From Trueperaceae bacterium (GTDB taxonomy: Bacteria > Deinococcota > Deinococci > Deinococcales > Trueperaceae), in assembly GCA_965215565.1 (NCBI GenBank), contig CBDCDZ010000004.1:2464001-2528000 (forward strand): 64,000 nt of DNA, in the 5' to 3' direction. Under the pieces are notes generated by a model. The model worked only from the letters and a program-made list of their open reading frames with translations. It made no database searches and had not been told where the DNA came from. Of this stretch, positions 39,201-48,202 are shown one piece after another (the stretch's first letter is position 1; every line of letters begins with the position of its first letter). A program made the translations under genes and the position numbers.

Positions 39201-41579
39201 CTAAACTTTGCGCGTCAAGACTACGCCTTGGCTGTCCGCTAGCGTCAGGGACCGCTCGGCGTGCTCGAACGCTACGCCGGGCGCGGCTAGCGCGAGCTGC
39301 CAGCCCTCTTGCGGCAGGTCGGGGACAGGCAGTTTTGTAGGCGTCACCTCTAGGGGCTCGCCCTCCATGTTGGCGAGGAAAAGCACCTGCTCGTCCCCAT
39401 CCGGTGAGGTGCGCAGGCTGTAAAAGAGCGTGGCGTCTTCTACCTTGCGCCCGTAATGGTCAGCGCCGCTCAAGTTACGCCTGAGCCAGGGGCGCGCCAG
39501 GCGAAACTCGCGAACGCGGCGGTTAAACGAGGCGCGCTCTTCGCTCAGGCGCTCCGCCGACAGCCCCACGCTGCAGTAGTCGTGCGCGTCGTCCATAAAC
39601 GCTTTGGCGATACGTTTAAGCGCCGCCATTGACAGCTCCGGCCCGGCGAGGGGCGGCTCGACGTCCTTTAAGAGGACGACCATCGTGACCAGGCTGTAGC
39701 TCGTCAGCGTCACGGCTCTGGCGAGTTCTCGCATGAAGCGGCGCAGCGCGTCAAGCTCGCTGAAGCCAAGCGCCTTGAGCCGCCTGAACGCGCCCTCTTT
39801 TACGTAAGCCGCCTCGTCCACTTGCCACCACAAAAAGAGCGCCTCTTCAGAGGCGACTTTCACGCCGTAGAGGTCGTCGGTGTTGCGGATGAAGCCCCAG
39901 GGCGCGTGCATGGAGGCGTTGAGAAAGTCCATCGGTACGCCCGGAAAGCTCGTGTAGGCGAGCAGGTGCGCCGCCGGGTTGTCGTAAGCGTTGCGCAAGA
40001 TGTCGGGGAGGTGCTCGCCCAAACGCTCGTTGATGGGCTCGTTAAGGTCTATCTGCGTGCCGCGCCGCACCGTGTCGTGGTTCGCGCAGCCCGAAATCCA
40101 GTGGCTGCCCTTCGTATAAATCTCTTCGACGCGCCACCAGCGCTCGTTCCAGAAGCCGCGCAAGGCGGGCGTATTGTGCGCGAAGGTGAGCGGTCCCCAC
40201 TGGAAGGCGTCGGGTTGCTGCTTGGTCACGTCGTCGTAGGTGGAGGCGGTGGGCCAGTCTTCTCTGGGCCACGGTCTGCCGTCCTCGAAAACCATCCAAG
40301 GGTGGTAGCGCAAACCCGCGACCTCTTGCTCGACGTCGCTCATCCTCTTCAGGTACTCGTCGTCGTGTTCGACGACTTGCTCGGTTGCGTTCCACAGCTT
40401 GAAATCTTGCGCGCCGTCCACGCGCACGCCGTCCGCGCCGACGTTGACCTTGCGGCGCTGCATCTCGAGCATCGTCGCCCTCACCACCGGGTGCTGCTGG
40501 TTGACATCTTGCCCATACATGTTGGGCCCGCGAAACCAGTAGGAATTGAGCAAGCTGAGCGCCTGGTTATCCGCGTGCCCATAGACGACGTCGAGGATGA
40601 GCTTAAACGGTCTAGGGAAGTTGTGCAGCGCCGCCACGAAGTCCAAGACCTCGTCGGGGCGTCTCGATTCTAAGAGCGTAGGGTTCGTCGCGGAGGACGC
40701 CGACAAGACAATGTCGTAGCCCCAGTTCGTCATGTCGGGGCGGCGGAGTTGGATGGGCAGCGTGAAGACCTCGTCCTCTTTGTTGTCGATCTCTAGAGGT
40801 TGCCAGAAGTGCGGTCCCATCTCATACTCGATGATGGGCTCGAGCGGAAGGGGTTGGACGGCGTCGTAAGCGAGATAAACCTGCTCTTCGGACGTGAGGA
40901 GTTCGTCCGCGCGCACCTTTTCGGCGATGTGCTCCAAAGTGCGCGTCAACCCCGCGAGCGTGCCGTTTGCTGTCGCGGTAGGGATGTGAAGCTGCAGGAT
41001 GTTGGTGGACGGCGCAAAGTTGACGACGTCCCCCTGCGCCGCTTCAGCGAGGTGGGCGTAGTACGCTTTGTCCTTGCGCTCCGCTTGCATCCGCGCCACG
41101 TCGTAAAACTCAGCCGGCGCGAACGCGCCGAAAGGAAGCGAAGCGGCGAGCACGTCCGGCGAGGTTTCCCAGCGTCCCATCGCCTCCCTGTAGGTGAGCC
41201 AGTACAGGCTGCCGAGTTCGCCCCTGCTACCCGCTTTCATCCCCTCGACGACGCCCCACAGGTAGTCGCCCTCTCGCGCCAACGAGACCAACTCGCGCCG
41301 GAACGAAACCTCTTGCAGCGGAGCCGCGAGGTCAACCTCATTAAGAGGTGTATAGACCTCCAAGAAGACGCGCTCTGGCGAGATGCCGCGCTGCGCGAGT
41401 TCGGGCACCCAGAAGCCTAGCTCGGCGTTTCCGTTCACGAAGTGAGCACCCAAGCACTTGACGAGGTGCTGCGCGGCGACGAACGGGTCGTTATAGGTGC
41501 GCTGAATCTGCTCAGCCCAGGCGACGAGAGTGGCGGTAGCGTCCGGTACGAGGCGGCATTGTGTAGATGCGTCGATCAT
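39201..41579 (-). CDS. gghA: Glucosylglycerol hydrolase-like protein (alpha-amylase fold)
   Basis: NWGYD, DVVYGHADNQA, RVDGAQDF, FEDGRPWP, QWGPLTFAHNTP and GCANHDT motifs; ~800 aa. Confidence 0.8.
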   Translation of the reverse strand: MIDASTQCRLVPDATATLVAWAEQIQRTYNDPFVAAQHLVKCLGAHFVNGNAELGFWVPELAQRGISPERVFLEVYTPLNEVDLAAPLQEVSFRRELVSLAREGDYLWGVVEGMKAGSRGELGSLYWLTYREAMGRWETSPDVLAASLPFGAFAPAEFYDVARMQAERKDKAYYAHLAEAAQGDVVNFAPSTNILQLHIPTATANGTLAGLTRTLEHIAEKVRADELLTSEEQVYLAYDAVQPLPLEPIIEYEMGPHFWQPLEIDNKEDEVFTLPIQLRRPDMTNWGYDIVLSASSATNPTLLESRRPDEVLDFVAALHNFPRPFKLILDVVYGHADNQALSLLNSYWFRGPNMYGQDVNQQHPVVRATMLEMQRRKVNVGADGVRVDGAQDFKLWNATEQVVEHDDEYLKRMSDVEQEVAGLRYHPWMVFEDGRPWPREDWPTASTYDDVTKQQPDAFQWGPLTFAHNTPALRGFWNERWWRVEEIYTKGSHWISGCANHDTVRRGTQIDLNEPINERLGEHLPDILRNAYDNPAAHLLAYTSFPGVPMDFLNASMHAPWGFIRNTDDLYGVKVASEEALFLWWQVDEAAYVKEGAFRRLKALGFSELDALRRFMRELARAVTLTSYSLVTMVVLLKDVEPPLAGPELSMAALKRIAKAFMDDAHDYCSVGLSAERLSEERASFNRRVREFRLARPWLRRNLSGADHYGRKVEDATLFYSLRTSPDGDEQVLFLANMEGEPLEVTPTKLPVPDLPQEGWQLALAAPGVAFEHAERSLTLADSQGVVLTRKV

Positions 41580-41866
41580 AACCGTTTCAGCCTACCTCAT
41601 AATATTGTGGTGCGAAAGACCGCGTAAGTGGAGCGGAGTGCGAGTTCTAAGGCGTAGAGTACGTTTTCAAATCGGATGCCCGAGTCACTTGTAGTGTGCT
41701 GAGCGCATTTTTAGGAGGAGTACTAGCTCGAGCAAAGCCCTCTAAACCTCCCTCCTTGCCCACTTTTTCACACCCTTCACTTGCTCTTCACGTTCTTACA
41801 GAAATCTTACAGACCGAGCGGTTGGCTCGGCTTAAACTACATATATCACTGAGGGGAACGAACCCC

Positions 41867-42016
41867 ACCCCTCGGAAGCGATGACACTTGTTCTCTATGA
41901 ACCTTTAGCAGGCAATGACTTGCTAGGCACGCATCTCTAACCAGATGCTACCTGCAGCTAAAGGCTCTTCTGGGCGCTTGGAACAAGTCGAGCTAGTAGC
42001 GCAACCGGCCGAGGGT
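41867..42016 (+). ncRNA. c-di-GMP-II riboswitch aptamer (copy 4) with a ~70-nt insertion
   Basis: P1 CCCTCGG/CCGAGGG; GGAAGCGATGA; P3 ACTTGTTC/GAACAAGT; TGGGCGCT...GAGCTAGTAGCGCAACCGGCC; insertion at ~41899-41967. Confidence 0.8.
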
Positions 42017-42077
42017 AGCTCTTTGCTACGACTTGGTATCCACTACACTTTCTCATGGGGTTCCAGGGAGCAGAGCT

Positions 42078-44087
42078 ATGTCACCAGTGAACCGTTCATC
42101 CAAAGTAGCAAGCAAAGTAGTCAACACCCTTCTCACCCCAACCAATACTCAAACCAATACCCAAGCCGACACCCCAACGTCTGCCCGCGCCGCCAGACTC
42201 AAGCGCTACACCCGCTTAGGTCTTTTAGCCGCGAGCGCCTTTTTGTTCAGCGCTTGCAGCAGCGTCGAGACGCCCGAGCTAGAAGCGCAGGGCAGCGTCA
42301 AGTACATCAAGATGCGCGTCGCCTCTGACCGTGATGACGCCGAAGAGCGCGCCTCGGGCAAAGTCGTGACCTCTAGCACCGACTTAGAACTCACCTATGA
42401 TGTGAAGCGCGGTCAGCAGCTCGTGGGCGTGCGCTTTACCAACCTCAAGATTCCCCAGGGTGCCAAGATTCGCCGCGCCGAGGTGCGCTTCACCGCCGAC
42501 GAGATCGACAGAGGTGCGCTTAAGCTCAAGGTGTACGCCGACGACAGCGACAACGCCGCGCGCTTTGAGGAGAAGTCCCGCAACCTCTCTAAGCGCCCAG
42601 CCACCGCCGCCAAGGTGCGCTGGCAGCCCCAGGACTGGCGCAAGGTGGGCGAGCGCGGCGGCAAGCAGTTCACGCCCAACGTTGCGCCCCTGCTGCAAGA
42701 GGTGGTCAACCGCCGGGGCTGGCAGAGCGGCAACGCCTTCGCCGTGCTTTTCAGCAGCGAGAGCAAGCGCAACAAGCGTGTCGCCGAGTCCTACCGCGGC
42801 AACAAGCGCGCCGCCCCACAACTCTACGTCGAGTACATCCCCAGCAGCGCTGGTCCGAGTGCCCCTACGCCCAGCCCTGCACCTAGCCCTGCACCCAGCC
42901 CCGAGCCTCAGCCTGTCGCCGCGGCGAAGTCCGCTCTATACGTCTCGCCCACGGGCTCTGACAAGAACGACGGGCGGAGTGCCAAGAAGCCCCTCCAGAC
43001 CCTCGGGCAAGCGGCGAAGCTCGTCAAGCCGGGCGACACGGTCTACTTGCGCAGCGGCGTGCACAAGGGCTACCTCAGCAAGTCCTTTGAGACCGACGGC
43101 AGCAAAGACAAGCCCATCACCATCACCAGCTATCCTGGCGAGCGTGCCATCATCGACGGCAAGTCCCGCCACTGGAAAAACTACAAGAGCGTTTCCAACC
43201 CCACGCTTTTTAGAATCGCCGCCGACTACTACACGGTCCAGAACCTCACCTTCCGCCACGGAGCGGGGCGCGGGCTCTACCTCAAGGGTGACCACATCAG
43301 CGTGCGCAACGTCTTATCGCACAACCACCACAGCGACGGCATCTACTTACTAGGGGACTACGGCACCTTTGAAGACAGTGTTTCGCACTCCAACAACAGC
43401 TATCAGAACGGGGGCGAATCCGCTGACGGCATCAAGATCGCTGCGGGCACCAAGCACGTCGTGCGCAACTTTTTAGCCTACAACAACTCCGACGACGGCA
43501 TCGACGTCTTCTGCGGCAGCAGGTCTTTAGTCGAGTACAGCGTTGCGCACTCCAACGGGGCCGGGCATTCCGGTGACGGCAACGGGTTCAAGTTGGGTTG
43601 CCGCCGCACCGACAACAGCCAGAACATCGTTCGTTACAACGTCGCCTACAAAAACCGTGCCAACAACTTTGACGGCAACAGTGGAGGCGGGCTCACCATG
43701 CTCCACAACACCTCCTGGAAAGCGGGTGCCCACGGCTTCATCGCTTACGCTCCTAAGAGCAGTGGCAAAGCCCCCAACGTCCTCAAGAACAACCTCAGCT
43801 TTCAGGACAAGAAGACCAAGGGCATGAGCCGCGACGACAAGAGCAGCCACAACTCCTGGGACTTAAACATCAACAACCCCGACTTCACCAGCCTCAGCCC
43901 CTCCAACAAGAGCTTCTTGAAGTTAAGCTCCTCCTCCAAAGCTATTGACGCAGGCGTCAAGCTCAACCTCGCCTTCCAGGGCAAAGCCCCTGACCTAGGT
44001 GCCCTAGAAGGCAAGCAGAGCATCGCCTCGCTCTTAGGTGAAACCGTTAAAAAGTTACAAGGCGGGGGGCAGTTGGCAAGTAGGTAG
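42078..44087 (+). CDS. Lipoprotein with an N-terminal DNRLRE-like module and a PL9 (PelL-like) right-handed beta-helix
   Basis: GGGAG RBS and ATG 42078; lipobox FSAC; YVSPTGSD..G....P..T, ADG, NSDDGID, DGNGFKLG and APDLGA motifs. Confidence 0.75.
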   Translation: MSPVNRSSKVASKVVNTLLTPTNTQTNTQADTPTSARAARLKRYTRLGLLAASAFLFSACSSVETPELEAQGSVKYIKMRVASDRDDAEERASGKVVTSSTDLELTYDVKRGQQLVGVRFTNLKIPQGAKIRRAEVRFTADEIDRGALKLKVYADDSDNAARFEEKSRNLSKRPATAAKVRWQPQDWRKVGERGGKQFTPNVAPLLQEVVNRRGWQSGNAFAVLFSSESKRNKRVAESYRGNKRAAPQLYVEYIPSSAGPSAPTPSPAPSPAPSPEPQPVAAAKSALYVSPTGSDKNDGRSAKKPLQTLGQAAKLVKPGDTVYLRSGVHKGYLSKSFETDGSKDKPITITSYPGERAIIDGKSRHWKNYKSVSNPTLFRIAADYYTVQNLTFRHGAGRGLYLKGDHISVRNVLSHNHHSDGIYLLGDYGTFEDSVSHSNNSYQNGGESADGIKIAAGTKHVVRNFLAYNNSDDGIDVFCGSRSLVEYSVAHSNGAGHSGDGNGFKLGCRRTDNSQNIVRYNVAYKNRANNFDGNSGGGLTMLHNTSWKAGAHGFIAYAPKSSGKAPNVLKNNLSFQDKKTKGMSRDDKSSHNSWDLNINNPDFTSLSPSNKSFLKLSSSSKAIDAGVKLNLAFQGKAPDLGALEGKQSIASLLGETVKKLQGGGQLASR

Positions 44088-44117
44088 GAAGGGGGAAGAA
44101 GAAAATCTAGAAGAGGT

Positions 44118-44157
44118 AAAGCGAGAGGGCGTCCACGTGGGACGCCCTCTCGCTTTT
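44118..44157. terminator. Bidirectional intrinsic terminator
   Basis: AAAGCGAGAGGGCGTCC-acgtg-GGACGCCCTCTCGCTTTT between convergent genes. Confidence 0.85.
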
Positions 44158-44193
44158 GATGCGGTCTTCTTTGAAGTTTCGCTTTGGGCCCCT

Positions 44194-46131
44194 CTACTTG
44201 GCCATTCCAGCCGGCAACACCGTGTCCTCTCGCTCCGAGAGGTTTTGGATGCGCGTGTCTTCGGCGACGTCGGTGTCAGGCTGTGTCACCGGGCTGACCT
44301 CTCCCAAGTATTGCTGCAACGCCGCTTGCTCGGCTGTGTCTAAATCTTGCCTGTCCGTATCTGGGAAGGGGTAGGCGTCGCCACCGTCTGCTAAGAAGCC
44401 TAACGTCACTGTGCGGATAGGGCGCTCTGGGTCGCCGACGACAGCACCGTTCTCCACGATGACGTCCTTGACCTCACCGCTGTCATCGAGCAAAACCACG
44501 TTCTGCACGCGCTGACCCTCGCTCACGACGTTGCCCTCTTCATCCACCTCGCTGGGCGGCAAGCGCGGATCGAACGAAAAGGCTAAGCCGCCGACTTGCG
44601 GGAACTGCCCCGGCGTCGCGCCGGGCTCCACCGCTGCGACGCCGTGCTCCAAAATCTGCTTCAACTCCTGCGCGGTGAGCGTGAGGAGCGTCAAGTCGTT
44701 GTCGAAGCGCAGCGCGTTCTGGATGTCGAGCTGCGAGATGTCACCTTCTTGCTTGTCGGTGAGCGGGTTGGCTCGAGGTGGCACGCGCTCGCCCGCGTCA
44801 CCCGGCAAAACCGCGCCAATCGCCGCGCGGATGCCGCCGCCGTTTTTGATCGACACGGCTGTGTCAGGGTCCGTTTCTCTGGCAACGGCTAAGTTCGCGT
44901 CCGCCGTGAGGTTGCCCAAGTTCGTCTCCTGCGTACGCACCGCCTCACGCAGACCGTTCAGATAGACTTCGGTGCTGCCGAAAATCTCGCCGTCGAGTTC
45001 TTCGATGATGGTGCGCACGTCGGCGACCGCCTCCAACACGCCCTCAGCCGGGGCTTCGTCGCCCGTCTCGGCGACGCCCTGTTCGTCAGTCGCGTACACG
45101 CCGCTCTCCTCGCCGATACTGACCAACACACCCGCGCTGTTAAAGCCTGCGATCAGCCGTCCGACGTAGCGGTACTCGCGGCTGGTATTGACCAACGCGA
45201 CGGGCTCGCCTGAAGCGGAGGTGTAGAGCAGCGGGTAGTTGCCTCTACGCTCGTCGCCCTGGCGCAATCTATTGTTTGGCGTCGCAAGCAGCGTGTCCGA
45301 GCCGCCCGCGATCATGATGTCGACGCCCGAGAGCATCTGCGCTAGGTCAATTTCATTCTCGAGCTGCTGCAAATGCGCCAAAACGACGATCTTACTGATA
45401 CCGCGAGAGGTCAAGTCGTCGATAGCGGGCTGGACGATCTGCGCGAGCGCCTGCATATCCTGTTGGGCGCGTGGCGACACGCCCACGTCGCCCGGCGAGG
45501 AGATGCTAGGCAGTTGCGGCGTGGTGACGCCGACGACGCCGAACGTTTCGCCGCCCTCGGTGATGATCACGCTGCCCGCGATACTGTTCGGCACACTCGA
45601 CGCCTCTTGTCCGTCCGGCACGACGAAGTCGCCCAGGTTGCTACCGCTAAAGTCCAGGTTGGTGCTGAGATACGGAAACGTCGCGCCGGGGTAGCCGTCC
45701 TCTTCGTCAGCGGCGATGAGGTCTTCCACCACGTCCGTACCCAAGTCGAACTCGTGGTTGCCGAAGGCGGCGGCTTGAAACCCGACTGCGTTGTTGATGC
45801 GGATGTCGGCGCTGCCCGAGGTCGCGCTGAAAAAAGGACCGGGGATGTAGAGGTCGCCCGACGAGAGGATGAGCGTGAGACCGTAGTCCCCCTCGAGCCC
45901 GTTGATCACCGAAGAGAAGCGCGGCGCGTCTTCGGTAGCAGCCACCGCGCCCTCTTGGTCGCTGGCGTGAAGAATCTGCACAACGACCTCGGCGTCGCCC
46001 TCCAAGGGTCCCCTGGTGCTCTGAAACGGCAAGCTCGGGTCATCGGTAGGTTGAGAGGTGCTAGGCGCGCACGCGGCGAGCGCGAGGATAAGTGCGAAAA
46101 AGAGGTTGAGATGTAAACGTCGTTGCTGCAT
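44194..46131 (-). CDS. 5'-nucleotidase/metallophosphatase lipoprotein
   Basis: Lipobox LAAC; LHASDQE, SSGD, GNHEFD, RTQETNLGNL.AD, NGGGIR and FLADGGDAY motifs. Confidence 0.9.
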   Translation of the reverse strand: MQQRRLHLNLFFALILALAACAPSTSQPTDDPSLPFQSTRGPLEGDAEVVVQILHASDQEGAVAATEDAPRFSSVINGLEGDYGLTLILSSGDLYIPGPFFSATSGSADIRINNAVGFQAAAFGNHEFDLGTDVVEDLIAADEEDGYPGATFPYLSTNLDFSGSNLGDFVVPDGQEASSVPNSIAGSVIITEGGETFGVVGVTTPQLPSISSPGDVGVSPRAQQDMQALAQIVQPAIDDLTSRGISKIVVLAHLQQLENEIDLAQMLSGVDIMIAGGSDTLLATPNNRLRQGDERRGNYPLLYTSASGEPVALVNTSREYRYVGRLIAGFNSAGVLVSIGEESGVYATDEQGVAETGDEAPAEGVLEAVADVRTIIEELDGEIFGSTEVYLNGLREAVRTQETNLGNLTADANLAVARETDPDTAVSIKNGGGIRAAIGAVLPGDAGERVPPRANPLTDKQEGDISQLDIQNALRFDNDLTLLTLTAQELKQILEHGVAAVEPGATPGQFPQVGGLAFSFDPRLPPSEVDEEGNVVSEGQRVQNVVLLDDSGEVKDVIVENGAVVGDPERPIRTVTLGFLADGGDAYPFPDTDRQDLDTAEQAALQQYLGEVSPVTQPDTDVAEDTRIQNLSEREDTVLPAGMAK

Positions 46132-46292
46132 AGATGCCTCCTAAGTGGTGGTTTTCACATTTGATAGTACCTTACGGAACGGCGTTCGAGCTACGGTAAG
46201 AGTAGAGGCGCGGGTTAATGAAAAGGGCAAGCGGCAATCTAAAAGCAACGAGCGACGAGGTCGTGAGGTCTACGCTTGCAGTAGAGTGAAGC

Positions 46293-47381
46293 GTGGCTAA
46301 AAAGTTGCGCCCCAAGCGTCTCTCGAAACGGGTATCCGAGCGGAAGAAGCGCCGCCCGACTCCAAATCAGAAGAGCGGCGCGCAGAACTACGAAGCCGAA
46401 GTTTTAGAGGGGCTCGTCCCTTTTGCGGCGCGCGAATTGAAAGAGGTCGAGGGTCTTCACATCACCTCTCAAGACGCAACTTCGGTACAGTTCCGCTTTC
46501 CCGGTCCTCCCCAAGCGCTACAAAAGCTGCGCAAGGTAGTCGCGGTGTATCGCCTCGAGACCTTCCGCGTCCCCCGTCCTAAAGCGCTTTTAGGTCACGA
46601 ACACTTGACCAAGCTCCTCGGCGTAGTCGAAGAGGTTAAAGGACAGGACACGTTTTCGAGCTTCCGTATAGGCGCGGCGGGCAGCGGCTCGGCGGTGTTC
46701 GCGCGGCTCGCCAGGGAGATAGAAAGAGGTGCGGGGCTGCGCTTCGACGCCGAGGAAGGCGATTTGCTCCTGCGCATAAGGAGATCGAAAGAGGGCTGGG
46801 ACATCCTCTTTAGAACGAGCGCGAGGCCGCTCTCGAGCCGTCCTTGGCGCGTCTGTAACCTAGCGGGCGGCCTCAACGCAACCTTGGCGGCGGCGATGCT
46901 CGAACTTGTCGGCGCAGAGCCAGAAGATCGTTTTTTCAACGCCATGTGCGGCTCGGGCACGCTCCTGATCGAGAGAGGTTTGGGGCAAGCGGCGCGGCTC
47001 GTCGGTTGTGACGTGAGCGGTGAGGCGTTGGCGTGCTCGAGCGAGAATATTCAGGCGAGCCACCTCTCCAGCGCCGAACTTTTGCAAGCTGACGCAACCT
47101 CTTTACCCTTCGGTGATTCGTCGTTCGACATTATCGTAGCGGACGTTCCCTGGGGTGACGTGGTGGGAACGCACGCGGGCAACGCGGCGCTCTATCCCGC
47201 TTTTTTAGCAGAAGCGGCGAGAGTTGCAGCGCCGGGGGCGCGGCTCGCCGTTCTCACGCACGAAATCAAGCTCTTCGAAGAGGTGCTAGCTAGTTTTAGC
47301 GAGGTGTGGCACCTCAGGGAGACGGTGCGCGTCTTTCACGGCGGGCATTACCCGCGCATCTACCTCTTGGCTCGAGCTTGA
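46293..47381 (+). CDS. RNA methyltransferase, UPF0020/Trm14-TrmN-like
   Basis: LSSRPWR, LNATLAAAM, AMCGSGTLLIE and DVPWG motifs. Confidence 0.8.
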   Translation: MAKKLRPKRLSKRVSERKKRRPTPNQKSGAQNYEAEVLEGLVPFAARELKEVEGLHITSQDATSVQFRFPGPPQALQKLRKVVAVYRLETFRVPRPKALLGHEHLTKLLGVVEEVKGQDTFSSFRIGAAGSGSAVFARLAREIERGAGLRFDAEEGDLLLRIRRSKEGWDILFRTSARPLSSRPWRVCNLAGGLNATLAAAMLELVGAEPEDRFFNAMCGSGTLLIERGLGQAARLVGCDVSGEALACSSENIQASHLSSAELLQADATSLPFGDSSFDIIVADVPWGDVVGTHAGNAALYPAFLAEAARVAAPGARLAVLTHEIKLFEEVLASFSEVWHLRETVRVFHGGHYPRIYLLARA

Positions 47382-47702
47382 TGGCGCGCACTCAGTGCTC
47401 CACGTTCCACTGAGAAGAGGGACGCAAAATGTTCGGCAGATTTGTGCGTTTCGTCCATTGGTCTTTGTCTGGCGAGATACCCCTAAAAGTTGGTTGAGCA
47501 AGGTGCTGTGTAGAGGAATAGAGAATACAGCACGGGAGCCTGTATCCCTCTTTCACTTAGCTAGTCAACCGACTTTTCGTGCAACCTCTTGTCTGGCTGT
47601 CTGGCAGGCTTTTGCGCAAGCAGCCCATTCGTGCTACACTCTTTAAGTTTGCACGTCCCTTAACGGGCGTGTTTTTAATCAGGTCTTTTCTCGAGGTGAA
47701 AC

Positions 47703-47930
47703 ATGGCAAAAGTATGTGAAATTTGCGGCAAAAAGCCGATCATGGGCCGCGACGTGGTCCAGAGCGGTAAAGCCAAGCGCGAAGGCGGCGTCGGGCGCAA
47801 AACGACAGGCATCACCAAAAAGTGGAAGCTCCCGAACCTGCAGCGCGTCAAAATCTACCGGAGCGGCAACGCCCACACGATACGCGCCTGCACGAGCTGC
47901 ATCCGCGCAGGTAAAACGCTCACGGTTTAA
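47703..47930 (+). CDS. rpmB: 50S ribosomal protein L28 (Cys-containing form)
   Basis: MAKVCEICGK...GGVGRKTTGITK.W.LPNLQ...CTSCIR. Confidence 0.95.
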   Translation: MAKVCEICGKKPIMGRDVVQSGKAKREGGVGRKTTGITKKWKLPNLQRVKIYRSGNAHTIRACTSCIRAGKTLTV

Positions 47931-47968
47931 TCGTTGTCGTTGCTCAAAGCAGTAAGCTCAAACCAGTG

Positions 47969-48008
47969 AAAAAGTCGAGGCACGCTCTAGCGCGCGCCTC
48001 GACTTTTT
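47969..48008 (+). terminator. Intrinsic terminator after rpmB
   Basis: AAAAAGTCGAGGC...GCCTCGACTTTTT. Confidence 0.8.
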
Positions 48009-48202
48009 CTATTCTCTTAGCGGCGTCTCATTAGAAAGAAGCACCCCCGTGATAAATTGATGGTGTGATTCGGAACTGCACGCTTCGCTTATCCCTACTG
48101 AGAGCGTTTGAACTTACCCTCGCAGATGGGTGTGACTTGGTTTTACAAACTAAGTCACGCAACCTCGTATGAGTTCTCACCTTTTGATCGAGTCGGGGCG
48201 CA

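Noticed and set aside
39822..40673. Long antisense or alternate-frame ORFs (also 5379-6071, 42460-43353, 45373-46116, 50190-50762)
   Set aside because: Shadow ORFs of well-supported genes in GC-rich DNA, with no motifs
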